Below, piece after piece: positions 32,796 to 41,687 of a stretch of 64,000 bases of DNA (within the stretch, counting starts at the first letter, position 1; each line of letters starts with the position of its first letter). Both the position numbers and the translations under genes were made by a program. This DNA comes from an uncultured Clostridia bacterium (GTDB taxonomy: Bacteria > Bacillota > Clostridia > TANB77 > CAG-508): assembly GCA_947623285.1 (NCBI GenBank), contig CANQGP010000001.1, positions 99,384 to 163,383 on the forward strand, written 5' to 3'. The notes below the pieces were generated by a model. That model searched no databases. It saw nothing but the letters and a program-made list of their open reading frames with translations, and was not told the DNA's origin.

Positions 32796-32842
32796 AAACC
32801 CAAATTTTTAGACAAAAGTTTTAACAATTTGGGTTTATTTTT
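32796..32842. terminator. Bidirectional terminator between feoB and the convergent 32857..33306 gene
   Basis: AAACCCAAATT (32796-32806) pairs with AATTTGGGTTT (32826-32836), followed by a T-run on the plus strand. Confidence 0.6.
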
Positions 32843-32856
32843 ACATTATAATTTTA

Positions 32857-33306
32857 TTATTCCATTTCTCCTGTATTATATTCTTTTAGAAACTTTTCTA
32901 ATTCGACTTCATCAGTAAATATTTTTTCAAAAATATTATAAAGACTATCTGTTGCTTCATATTCTCCTATTGCATAACACTTTTTTCCTAGTCCGTATGC
33001 AACTCCTGATTCAATATGTGCAGCTTTACCTGCTGGCAAAACTAACAGTAAGTTCTTAGAACTTTTTTCAGCTTCCATATCTTGTTTAAATATATTCAAT
33101 ACAATATCACTTTTTAAATTTAACTTTTCAAATTCTTGTTGCCTTTCTTCTGGTGTTTGATTATTATTGCCAAATCCCCAATTATCTTGTTGTTTTATAA
33201 AGCAATAATACGAAACTTTGTATTTGTCAAATAAGTCACATATTTTTAAAATATTTTCTTTATTCCTTGATCTTCCCGCTATAAAAAATTCATATTTATT
33301 TTTCAT
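32857..33306 (-). CDS. Nucleoside 2-deoxyribosyltransferase / DNPH1(Rcl)-like superfamily protein
   Basis: 149 aa. FFIAGRSRNKEN at the N-terminus and LLLVLPAGKAAHIESGVAYGLGKKCYAIGE resemble the family pattern (G..R near the N-terminus, E-x-G-x-A-x-G-x-GK). Confidence 0.45.
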   Translation of the reverse strand: MKNKYEFFIAGRSRNKENILKICDLFDKYKVSYYCFIKQQDNWGFGNNNQTPEERQQEFEKLNLKSDIVLNIFKQDMEAEKSSKNLLLVLPAGKAAHIESGVAYGLGKKCYAIGEYEATDSLYNIFEKIFTDEVELEKFLKEYNTGEME

Positions 33307-33350
33307 TCTTAATTTTCCTCCTATTATATGTATATTCCATGAACTCCTCC

Positions 33351-34304
33351 TTAAATATCATTTTCTAATAAATTTAATATTGCTTTTTTATAAATATTCT
33401 TAGCTGTTAGATATTCATTAGGATTTAATTTAATATAATTTTCTAGCATTACCCCACTATTAACCTCCAACACTAGTAAATCATTATTACTAGTTTGTAT
33501 TATATCAATGCTACCAAAATGTAAATTAATTTCTTGCCCAACTTGCTTTGCAATTTTTATCAATTTATCTTCTAATACTTTATCGTTTATTTTTTTTGCT
33601 ATTGCTCCTTGCGATAAATTGAACTTCCAATTATATTTGAATGTCTCTTTATCATCAAGTATTTTATCATATTTTGAATCTTGCAATTTGTCTTTAAAAT
33701 AATCATAGTTAAAATCAAATAACAATTGCCTTATAGTTTTATTTCCATCTCCTACAACAACTGGTAAGTATTTTGCATATAATAATTCACTTTTCCCTTC
33801 TAATATAATCACTCTATATTCATGTTTAATATTATAAAATGGACATATGCTAATTGAATAATTGTTAATAAATATTTTGTCTAAGATGTTATCAATTTCA
33901 TTTATCTTAGTTACATCAAATACATTGTGCCCACAAGTCCCTTCATTAGGCTTTATAACAATATGATTATTATTTTTAAAAAAGTATTCTTTTACATATT
34001 CATATGTATTACAATCATTAGCATAATCTGACTTATTTGTTTTATTATAAACGATTTTGTGTTCAACTATAGGAATGTTTTTCTCCTTCAACACTTCATA
34101 CAAAGCATATTTATCATCTGCAACAAGCCCTAATCCATGTGAATTTAAATCAAATTTATATCCTGAAACAAACCTAGTTTTTCCATTCTTTTCCAACATT
34201 ATAATCCAATCTTTTGACAACAATTTATATTTCACATCATTTTCATTACAAATTTCTTTTATTATTTTATTAAAATTATTCATTATAATTTCTATCCTTT
34301 TCAA
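33351..34304 (-). CDS. ATP-grasp domain protein
   Basis: 317 aa with IVIKPNEGTCGHNVF, EYRVIILEGK, VVGDGNKTIRQL, NLSQGA and SIDIIQT...LVLEVNSGV, the typical ATP-grasp ligase layout. Confidence 0.65.
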   Translation of the reverse strand: MKRIEIIMNNFNKIIKEICNENDVKYKLLSKDWIIMLEKNGKTRFVSGYKFDLNSHGLGLVADDKYALYEVLKEKNIPIVEHKIVYNKTNKSDYANDCNTYEYVKEYFFKNNNHIVIKPNEGTCGHNVFDVTKINEIDNILDKIFINNYSISICPFYNIKHEYRVIILEGKSELLYAKYLPVVVGDGNKTIRQLLFDFNYDYFKDKLQDSKYDKILDDKETFKYNWKFNLSQGAIAKKINDKVLEDKLIKIAKQVGQEINLHFGSIDIIQTSNNDLLVLEVNSGVMLENYIKLNPNEYLTAKNIYKKAILNLLENDI

Positions 34305-34600
34305 AACTTTTTATTTTTCTCTATTATTTAACCATTCCATAAGATTTTCAAATTCTTCATAATGATTTTTGAAAAACATACCTTTTTTATTTAATTCTAC
34401 TATTTCTTCTTTGACTTCTGTTAATATTCCTTGTATGCTACTCCTTGTAAAATATATTTTTTGTTTAATATTTAGTATCTATATTTTACAAATTCTTGTT
34501 TGTGTTGTCAACACTGTTTTATTAATTTATTACATTATAAATAAAGAAAAGACTGATGTCAGTCCAGCAACCAACATCAGCCAATCCAATACAACTGTTT

Positions 34601-34632
34601 GAGTAGAAGCCGTTTGGCTTTTACTCTTTTTT
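34601..34632 (+). terminator. Strong orphan intrinsic terminator
   Basis: GAGTAGAAGCC-GTTT-GGCTTTTACTC (11-bp stem with one G-U pair) followed by T6. There is no annotated plus-strand gene upstream. Confidence 0.55.
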
Positions 34633-34705
34633 GTTATTTAATATATTAATATTACATTTATTCGTTTTTGTCAATATTTATTACAAAAATGTATTAAAAT
34701 ACACC

Positions 34706-35317
34706 TCATATTTTTATTCTAACACCTTTACCTGTATATGTTACATTTTTATCTAACAACAATTTAAGTACATATTTATTATGATCTAAAGACAAAAATT
34801 CATTTAATTTACTTTTGTCTATCCATTTTACAGTATGTTTTGAATTTTCCTTTTCTGAGATTCCAATATTTTTTTCTGAATTCAATTTTCCAAAAACAAT
34901 ATATAAAGTAGACAACCTATTGAAATCTCCTTTGTATCCTGCATAAAAATGATTGATAATTTTTACTGGACTTTTATAATCAATACTTACATCAACATAT
35001 CCTGTTTCTTCTTTTATTTCTCTAATAGCCGCTTCTTCAGCAGTTTCGTTTTCTTCTATTCCTCCCATTACAAATGATTTGCATAGATGTTTTTTACTAT
35101 CTACACATAAATACTTATCTTCTTTATTATGCTTAATTATCGCTATTACACTATATCTTCTATATGTTGGTATACCTGTTTTTACCGTTTCTGTTCCTTT
35201 GCCTACAAAATATGGAAAAACTTTTTGATTTTTTTCAATATTCGTCCAATTTTTTAATTCTATTATTTCTAGTTCTATATCTTGACTATCTAAATTTATT
35301 TTTAATTTTTGATTCAT
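34706..35317 (-). CDS. Nudix hydrolase
   Basis: Nudix box GGIEENETAEEAAIREIKEETGY. The ATG at 35317 (MNQKLK) has AAGGGG upstream. The ORF-track start at 35359 is an alternative. Confidence 0.75.
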   Translation of the reverse strand: MNQKLKINLDSQDIELEIIELKNWTNIEKNQKVFPYFVGKGTETVKTGIPTYRRYSVIAIIKHNKEDKYLCVDSKKHLCKSFVMGGIEENETAEEAAIREIKEETGYVDVSIDYKSPVKIINHFYAGYKGDFNRLSTLYIVFGKLNSEKNIGISEKENSKHTVKWIDKSKLNEFLSLDHNKYVLKLLLDKNVTYTGKGVRIKI

Positions 35318-35339
35318 ATTTATTCCCCTTTTTACTTGA

Positions 35340-35558
35340 CTACAGTAAAATATCTCCATCAGTTACTTCTCCATTTTTTATTTGCTCTTCTCCTCTTTTT
35401 AATCTTGATACAAAGTTTTTTTCAATTACTCTTTTATAATCTTCTAATTTCATTATTATAACATCAGACTTATTTGGTCTTTTTACAAGAATTGTATCAT
35501 CAATAGTATCTTTATTTAAAGTATTTTCAACTTCTTCAACTGTAATTTCTCTTTGCAT
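35340..35558 (-). CDS. Phd/YefM-like antitoxin-fold protein
   Basis: 72 aa. The pattern TILVKRPNKSDVIIMKLEDYKRVIE resembles the Phd/YefM N-terminal domain. No canonical toxin gene follows. Confidence 0.4.
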   Translation of the reverse strand: MQREITVEEVENTLNKDTIDDTILVKRPNKSDVIIMKLEDYKRVIEKNFVSRLKRGEEQIKNGEVTDGDILL

Positions 35559-35710
35559 TATAATAACCTCCTCTACAAATTCTTCTATTACTATTATACC
35601 ATGTTTTTTGAAAAAGTCTACATTTTGTTTCTAGTAAATTTATATCTAGCAATAATAACCTTTTTCTTTCACATTTCATATTATATAAAAATATTATAAG
35701 GAGATTGTCT

Positions 35711-36664
35711 ATGAATGAAAAAATTGTATTAGAAAAAGCTGCGTATGAAGTAGCAAAAAAAATGTCTGTCCCACCTTTTATCTTTCAAATGCCAATAAAT
35801 AAAGGTCGAAAAGATTTTGAAGAAGCTCAAAGTAGTCCTATAAAAATGTATCCTACCAAAATTTTAATGAATTCTGTAAATACTAATGAACATGGATGTA
35901 TAAAAGTGTACATAGTTATTCCTCCTCACAATACTCCTCCAAAAAATATAATGTTTTATATTCATGGAGCAGGTTGGATCTTTGGAAGTTTTAATACTCA
36001 TAAAAAATTAGTTAGAGAGCTTTCCTATAGAACAAACTCCATTGTTGTATTTCCTGAATACACTCGTTCTCCTGAGGTCAAATTTCCAATTGCAATTGAA
36101 CAATGTTATTCTATTTTAAATCAAATTCCAAATATTCTAAAACACAACAATATAAAATCTCCTACAGATTCGTTCATATTAGCAGGTGATGGAACTGGTG
36201 GTAACATGGCAATTTCTATGGTGTTTCTTGCTAAGTATAAACATGGACCTAAAATTCACAAGCTTTTACTTTATTATCCTGTAACAAATGATAATTTTAA
36301 TACTAATTCGTACATAAAATTTGCAACTAATTATTATTTATATCGAAATGGAATGAAATGGTTTTGGTATAATTATGAACCTAATAGAAGACGTAGAAAT
36401 AATATTTTAGCAACTCCTTTAAAAGCTTGTTTGAAACAGCTTGAAGATTTTCCTGATACTTTGATTTTAAATGGAGAAGCTGATGTACTAATAGATGAAG
36501 GAAAAGCTTTTGCGAGCAGATTACGTTTAGCAGGAAATAGTGTTACTCAAGTAACTTTTCAAGGAATGATTCATGATTTTGTTATGCTAAATAGTTTAGA
36601 TAACACAAATGCGTGTCGAGCTGCAATGAACATTTCTACAAAATGGGTTAATCGAAGAATTTAA
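35711..36664 (+). CDS. Alpha/beta hydrolase, hormone-sensitive-lipase (family IV esterase)-like, with altered nucleophile motif
   Basis: HGAGW (HGGG-box position), GDGTGGN where GDSAGGN is expected, and DVLIDEG and HDF (Asp/His positions). The ATG at 35711 lies 8 nt after AGGAG. Confidence 0.65.
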   Translation: MNEKIVLEKAAYEVAKKMSVPPFIFQMPINKGRKDFEEAQSSPIKMYPTKILMNSVNTNEHGCIKVYIVIPPHNTPPKNIMFYIHGAGWIFGSFNTHKKLVRELSYRTNSIVVFPEYTRSPEVKFPIAIEQCYSILNQIPNILKHNNIKSPTDSFILAGDGTGGNMAISMVFLAKYKHGPKIHKLLLYYPVTNDNFNTNSYIKFATNYYLYRNGMKWFWYNYEPNRRRRNNILATPLKACLKQLEDFPDTLILNGEADVLIDEGKAFASRLRLAGNSVTQVTFQGMIHDFVMLNSLDNTNACRAAMNISTKWVNRRI

Positions 36665-36745
36665 AATTTTTTCTTCTATTTTTATTGTCGCTGTAAGTGT
36701 TTAAAATGTTACGAACAAAATTTTTGATTTTTTTCAAAAAAAGTA

Positions 36746-36774
36746 TTGACAAAAAATAAAATCGGATATAAAAT
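36746..36774 (+). promoter_or_regulatory. SigA-type promoter
   Basis: TTGACA (36746-36751), a 17-nt spacer, then TAAAAT (36769-36774). Confidence 0.55.
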
Positions 36775-36834
36775 AATCACAGTTCAAACGAACATTGTTT
36801 TGTAGAACGTATTTTTGAATAAGGAGTGATAGAT

Positions 36835-37473
36835 ATGAAAAATTTAAGAACAGAAAACAAAGTTATAACATATACAATAAGCAAGGTTGCAGATAGTAAA
36901 GACATGTATATATCAGTACAAAATGGCGAAGTGGAAATTATCGCTCCGTATAATTATTCAAACAAACATATACAAAAAATAATAGAAGAAAAAAGAGATT
37001 GGATTTTAAAAAAAATTGAAGAATATAATTTTAAAAATCCAGAAGAATTTAATGGAATTGAAAGAAATCCTGTTAAAATTTTAGGAAGAGAATATAGAAT
37101 AAAAATTAACTATAAAAATATTAATGTTGCAGAATTAAATGTTGAAGAAAATGATATAAAAATAACTTTATCTAATACATATAAAAGAAAAGACAATAAA
37201 AAAGTTTTAACATTGGCTATAGATAAATTATATGAGAGCATTGCTCCGGCTGAAATTGAAAGAGCTATGGAAAAAACAAGAATTTTATTAGGATATGCAC
37301 CAGAAGATTACAAAATTGCAAAAATAAAAAATGCTTATGCTAAATGCACAAAAAATATTATAACTATAAATCCTGAAATAGTAAAATTCAATAGAAAAAC
37401 AATAGATAAAATTATATTAGAACAATTCTTAAAAATAAGAAAATCATGCATAAAAAAAAGAGTAAATCTGTAA
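36835..37473 (+). CDS. YgjP/DUF45 (M48-like) family protein lacking the HExxH motif
   Basis: The N-terminal pattern (ITYTISKV...YISVQNGEVEIIAPYNYSNKHIQKIIEEKRDWILKK) is typical of DUF45. The position of the HExxH zinc site reads ILEQF, and the protein contains only one His. Confidence 0.5.
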   Translation: MKNLRTENKVITYTISKVADSKDMYISVQNGEVEIIAPYNYSNKHIQKIIEEKRDWILKKIEEYNFKNPEEFNGIERNPVKILGREYRIKINYKNINVAELNVEENDIKITLSNTYKRKDNKKVLTLAIDKLYESIAPAEIERAMEKTRILLGYAPEDYKIAKIKNAYAKCTKNIITINPEIVKFNRKTIDKIILEQFLKIRKSCIKKRVNL

Positions 37474-37834
37474 GCCGGGTTCTGTCATTTAAAATAGTCA
37501 TTTATCTAGAGTATATATCACTATATACTTCAAGCCACACATGTAAGAAGCGCCGAGCAAGCGTATCTTCTAATTTAGGTGTTGCTCCAGATGGGGTTTA
37601 CATTGACCTGCTATGTCACCATAGCAGCGGTGAGCTCTTACCTCACCTTTTCACCCTTACCACGTGTTTCTCAAATTTCTAAGAATTTTGAGAAATATGT
37701 GGCGGTTATTTTCTGTTGCACTTTCCTTAAGGTTGCCCTCACTAGACGTTATCTAGCATCTTTGCTCTATGGAGCCCGGACTTTCCTCTCGTAATTCCTT
37801 TCGGAAATTTACCAGCGACTATTCAATTTACTCT
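37459..37834 (-). ncRNA. rnpB: RNase P RNA, bacterial class A
   Basis: The minus strand contains GAGGAAAGTCCGGGCTCCATAG, GTGCAACAGAAA, GGTAAGGGTGAAA, GGTAAGAGCTCACC, CTAGATAAATGACT and ACAGAACCCGGCTTA. The P1 helix pairs AGAGTAAAT (5') with ATTTACTCT (3'). An extended -10 TGATATAAT (37843-37851) lies just upstream, and a T-run follows the 3' end. Confidence 0.9.
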
Positions 37835-37848
37835 ATTTATTTATTATA

Positions 37849-38802
37849 TCACATACTGCTCATTTCTTCCAGTAAATTCTTGTATTTTATAAAAAAAACA
37901 TCCTTATCTTGCTTATTTGAAGCATTTTTTATTTCATTCAATATAACATAAGATTTATTAATATTTACTTGTTTTTCATTATTTACATTAGTATTTGTAA
38001 GTAAAGTTGAAAAGTTATCTATTGCAATTTGCATATTTTTATTAACCTCATCCCAATTTTCTGTATTTACCACACTATATGCTTTCAAAACATTTAACTT
38101 AGTTTTTATCATAGTTTTATATAACTCATCTTGAGATACACTATCTGTAAATTTTGAAATATCATAATACATATTGCATAATTGTGCTAATGTTCCACTT
38201 ACATCTTCCCTTTTAGTTGCATTTGCTAAATCATCCAAATAACCATTAAAATTTAAAATATCTTCTTGATTAATATTTGTTTGATACAAATCTAAAGTTA
38301 TTGTAGGCATCACTGTATAAATTTGTTCAATTTCTTTTTGAATTTCATCCCAATTAATTTCTGTTTCCTTATCTTTAGATAATTCATTTATTCTTTCCAT
38401 ATTATATTCTTCATATTCATTACTATCCGATTGTGAATTTCCACTGCTATTTGATTGGGAACTTCCGCTACTATCAGCCTGAGAATTTTCATTGCTATCT
38501 GATTGGGAGTTTTCACTACTATTTGATTGGGAATTTTCGCTACCTGTTTTGTTTTCCTCATTTTTATTACTAGATTCTCCCTCAACTTTCTTTGTTGTTA
38601 CTTTATAATTTTGAGTAGTAATATTATTAATTCTATTAGCCATATTTACAACTTTTTCCTCTATATATTTAACTTCTGTTAATACTTTTTCACTAAGCAT
38701 TTCTTCTTCACTTTTAGATGTTTTTGAATAAACTATATATCCTAAAGCTATCACAACTACAAAGAATATTATAAAAGATAAAATTTTCATTTTTTTATCC
38801 AT
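37849..38802 (-). CDS. Hypothetical membrane-anchored protein with Ser/Asn/Gln-rich 8-aa tandem repeats
   Basis: 317 aa with an N-terminal TM helix. Five 24-nt repeats at ~38421-38540 encode SENSQS(N/D)S-like units. Confidence 0.5.
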   Translation of the reverse strand: MDKKMKILSFIIFFVVVIALGYIVYSKTSKSEEEMLSEKVLTEVKYIEEKVVNMANRINNITTQNYKVTTKKVEGESSNKNEENKTGSENSQSNSSENSQSDSNENSQADSSGSSQSNSSGNSQSDSNEYEEYNMERINELSKDKETEINWDEIQKEIEQIYTVMPTITLDLYQTNINQEDILNFNGYLDDLANATKREDVSGTLAQLCNMYYDISKFTDSVSQDELYKTMIKTKLNVLKAYSVVNTENWDEVNKNMQIAIDNFSTLLTNTNVNNEKQVNINKSYVILNEIKNASNKQDKDVFFIKYKNLLEEMSSM

Positions 38803-38923
38803 TTAAAAAACCTCTTTCATTGCTATATTTCTCTATAATTTACAACTATATATTTTTTTATTTGACATCACTTGTAAATTATAATATTTTTCTTAGTATT
38901 TCCATTTTTTTTATCTTTATTCT

Positions 38924-39244
38924 TTGCATATTTTTTCAATATTGTTTTATACTAATCTTATTATGATAACTTTTGTAAATTTATTTAGTAATAAAAAAGG
39001 AGAAATCGATAGATTTCTCAGTAAATTTTATAATACAAATATAGAATTACAAGATAATTTAAGATGGGAAAAAGAATATAAAAATCCTGTTGAAATTAGC
39101 GAGCTTATTGGTGTTTTTATTGACAACATAGATGATTTTGAAATCAATATGTTTGTCTCGCTTGACAGAAATATTTATATTAATATAACTGAAAAGAATG
39201 GAAATAGTATTATACAATATTTATACGAAAGATTCCCTTATTAG
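38924..39244 (+). CDS. Hypothetical protein
   Basis: ORF only. The start is uncertain (possibly the internal MITFVN...) and no motif was recognised. Confidence 0.3.
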   Translation: MHIFSILFYTNLIMITFVNLFSNKKGEIDRFLSKFYNTNIELQDNLRWEKEYKNPVEISELIGVFIDNIDDFEINMFVSLDRNIYINITEKNGNSIIQYLYERFPY

Positions 39245-39332
39245 ATAATTTCAAATTCTTATAAAAACATCCTTACTTGCAAAATTTAAATTATTGTATA
39301 TTCAATTTTTAATTGTATGAATAGTTCAAATT

Positions 39333-39770
39333 CTATTTTTCTATAACTATTGTAACTGGCCCATCATTTAATAAACTAACTTTCATATCTGCACCAAAAA
39401 TTCCTTTTTCAACATGTATATCATATTCTTCGCATTTTTTACAAAAATACTCATATAATTTTTCAGCCATATCAGGTTTTGCAGCATCTGTAAAACTTGG
39501 TCTGTTTCCTTCTGCGCAATTAGCATATAAGGTAAATTGTGATACAATTAACAATTCACCATCCACATCTTTTAAAGCTAGATTTATTTTTTCGTTTTCA
39601 TCTTCAAAAACTCTCATCTTGCATAATTTTTTTGCTAAGTAATCAGCTTCTTTTTCAGTATCATTATGTGTTACTCCCACTAATACTAAAAAACCTTTTT
39701 CTATTTTTCCTACTACTTTTTTATCAACTTCTACTTCTGCATGTTTTACTCTTTGTATTACTAATTTCAT
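39333..39770 (-). CDS. dtd: D-aminoacyl-tRNA deacylase
   Basis: 145 aa with MKLVIQRV...GFLVLVGV...[10 protein letters not shown]...RPSF...[15 protein letters not shown], the canonical Dtd sequence. Confidence 0.9.
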   Translation of the reverse strand: MKLVIQRVKHAEVEVDKKVVGKIEKGFLVLVGVTHNDTEKEADYLAKKLCKMRVFEDENEKINLALKDVDGELLIVSQFTLYANCAEGNRPSFTDAAKPDMAEKLYEYFCKKCEEYDIHVEKGIFGADMKVSLLNDGPVTIVIEK

Positions 39771-40315
39771 TAATTATTTTCCTCTTTTTTATTACTTTCT
39801 TTAACATTTGATTCAATTTCAACTGTTTTTTCTAACTCTTTTTTAGCTTTATTAGTTTCACTTTTTTCTTCTTGTTTAGCTTTATTCTCTTCATCTTTTT
39901 CGTCTTGTTTATTTTTATTCTCTTCACCATTTTCTTCATGATTACATTTCTCTAATTTTTCTCCGCAATTAGGACAAAAATTCGACTCTTCTTGTATTTC
40001 TTTATTACAATTTGGACATTTTATTTTACTTTTTAAACGTAAACATTCTTCATTAAGTTTTGATATTTCTTCACTTACTTCTTCTAACTTTTTAATTTCA
40101 TCTGCTAAATCTGTTTCAAAACTAACTTTCTTTTTCCCTAATTCATGTTTTTCGTAAACTTTTTTACCTATTTCTTCATATAAATCTGTGACATCTGATT
40201 TCAACTCGCTTATTTTTAATTTTATTTTCGTCTCTTTAGCAAATTTACTCGTTTTTTCAGTTGCACCTTTATATGTTTCACTTGCCTTTTTTCCTAATTT
40301 ATCAAAAAAATCCAT
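39770..40315 (-). CDS. Zinc-ribbon / coiled-coil protein
   Basis: 181 aa with [22 protein letters not shown] and an acidic/lysine-rich tail. There is a 1-nt overlap with the dtd start. Confidence 0.6.
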   Translation of the reverse strand: MDFFDKLGKKASETYKGATEKTSKFAKETKIKLKISELKSDVTDLYEEIGKKVYEKHELGKKKVSFETDLADEIKKLEEVSEEISKLNEECLRLKSKIKCPNCNKEIQEESNFCPNCGEKLEKCNHEENGEENKNKQDEKDEENKAKQEEKSETNKAKKELEKTVEIESNVKESNKKEENN

Positions 40316-40343
40316 TTACTTACCTCCGCTTATTTAATTGATT

Positions 40344-40389
40344 AGTTTTTCATAACCTATTTTTTCATAGATTACTTTACACTATCCAT
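40344..40389 (-). repeat. Conserved ~45-nt leader motif with 8-bp hairpin, copy 1 (upstream of zinc-ribbon gene)
   Basis: The plus strand reads AGTTTTTCATAACCTATTTTTTCATAGATTACTTTACACTATCCAT. Compare with 41576..41620. Confidence 0.5.
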
Positions 40390-40541
40390 TTAATTTTTTT
40401 GATTTACTTTTTACATCTACTTTATATTATATCTCATTATATCAATTATATTCATATTTATAAGAACCTTCACTTTGTTGCATATGTAAATTCTTATACA
40501 ATGATAAAAGCAATTTTGAAAACAATTTCACAAGTCAAAAT

Positions 40542-41525
40542 TTATTCTTTTCGTTTTGCTCTTGTCATTAATTTTTCAACAGCATCTTTTGGTTCTAAAC
40601 CTTTGTATATTACACTATATACTGTGTCTATTATTGGAACTTCTATTCCATGAATATTTGCAAGTTCATAAGCTACTTCTATATTATCAATACTTTCTAT
40701 TACCATTCCAACTTCTTTTTTTGTTTCTTCCAGACTTTTACCTTGTCCTATTAATATTCCGGCTTTTCTATTTCTACTATGTTCACTTAAACAAGTTACT
40801 ACTAAATCTCCTAAACCACTTAAACCATAAAAAGTTTCTTTATTTCCTCCTAGTTCAACTCCAAGTCTTGTTATTTCAGATAATCCTCTTGTTATTAAGG
40901 CTGCAAAAGTATTGTCTCCTAAATTTAAAGCTGCAGCAGCTCCAGCACAAAAAGCTATAATATTTTTTAATGCTGCTCCTAACTCTACTCCTTTAATATC
41001 ACTTGTTGTATATATTCTCATTTTGTCACACATAAATGTATTTTGAATTAATCTTAAAACATTTTGATTTTTAGATGCTATTACGAGTAATGTTGGTATT
41101 CCTATTGATACCTCTTCAGCATGACTTGGTCCTGATAATACACCAATTTGCGCATCAGGTTTTTCGCTTAATATAACCTCATCAAGTGTGCTCAAACTTT
41201 CTTTTTCAAATCCTTTTGAACATATTATAACTGGTTTGTTTCCTACATAATCTTTGTATTTTACAAATGTCTCTCTTGTAAATTTTGATGGTGTTACATG
41301 TAATATAAATTCTGCATCTTCTACTACATATTTTATATCTGTTGAACATTCAATTCCTTCTGGTAATTTTAATTCTGGTAAAAACATACATCTTTTTTCA
41401 TTATTTATTATGTCCCTTTCTTCTTCTGAAAATGACCATACCTTTATTTCATTTCCTAATCTTGCTAGGTGTGCTGCTAGTGCAATTCCCCAACTTCCAC
41501 TTCCTATTACTGCTATCTTTTTCAT
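40542..41525 (-). CDS. gpsA: NAD(P)H-dependent glycerol-3-phosphate dehydrogenase
   Basis: 327 aa with MKKIAVIGSGSWGIALA and conserved GpsA blocks (GLGDL, NRK.G). Confidence 0.9.
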   Translation of the reverse strand: MKKIAVIGSGSWGIALAAHLARLGNEIKVWSFSEEERDIINNEKRCMFLPELKLPEGIECSTDIKYVVEDAEFILHVTPSKFTRETFVKYKDYVGNKPVIICSKGFEKESLSTLDEVILSEKPDAQIGVLSGPSHAEEVSIGIPTLLVIASKNQNVLRLIQNTFMCDKMRIYTTSDIKGVELGAALKNIIAFCAGAAAALNLGDNTFAALITRGLSEITRLGVELGGNKETFYGLSGLGDLVVTCLSEHSRNRKAGILIGQGKSLEETKKEVGMVIESIDNIEVAYELANIHGIEVPIIDTVYSVIYKGLEPKDAVEKLMTRAKRKE

Positions 41526-41575
41526 TATTAATACCTTCCTTTACCTTTTCAATGCGCTTCTTACTAATTCTTTTT

Positions 41576-41620
41576 AGTTTTTCATAATCTATTTTTCATA
41601 GATTACCTTACACTATCTAT
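41576..41620 (-). repeat. Conserved ~45-nt leader motif with 8-bp hairpin, copy 2 (upstream of gpsA)
   Basis: The plus strand reads AGTTTTTCATAATCTATTTTTCATAGATTACCTTACACTATCTAT, containing TAATCTAT/ATAGATTA inverted repeats. Confidence 0.5.
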
Positions 41621-41687
41621 CTTTTTTAAGCGCAGAAAACTCAACTGATACCTTTCGATATCAATTAAATTTTTCTAATTTTTTATA

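Noticed and set aside
34369-34602. 77-aa hydrophobic ORF (+)
   Set aside because: It has a TTG start without an RBS and lies mostly antisense to the tail of a small minus-strand reading frame. Its composition is typical of AT-rich noise.
37446-37794. ORFs 37446..37682 and 37579..37794 (+)
   Set aside because: They lie antisense within the RNase P RNA gene and have no RBS. The region is explained by rnpB.
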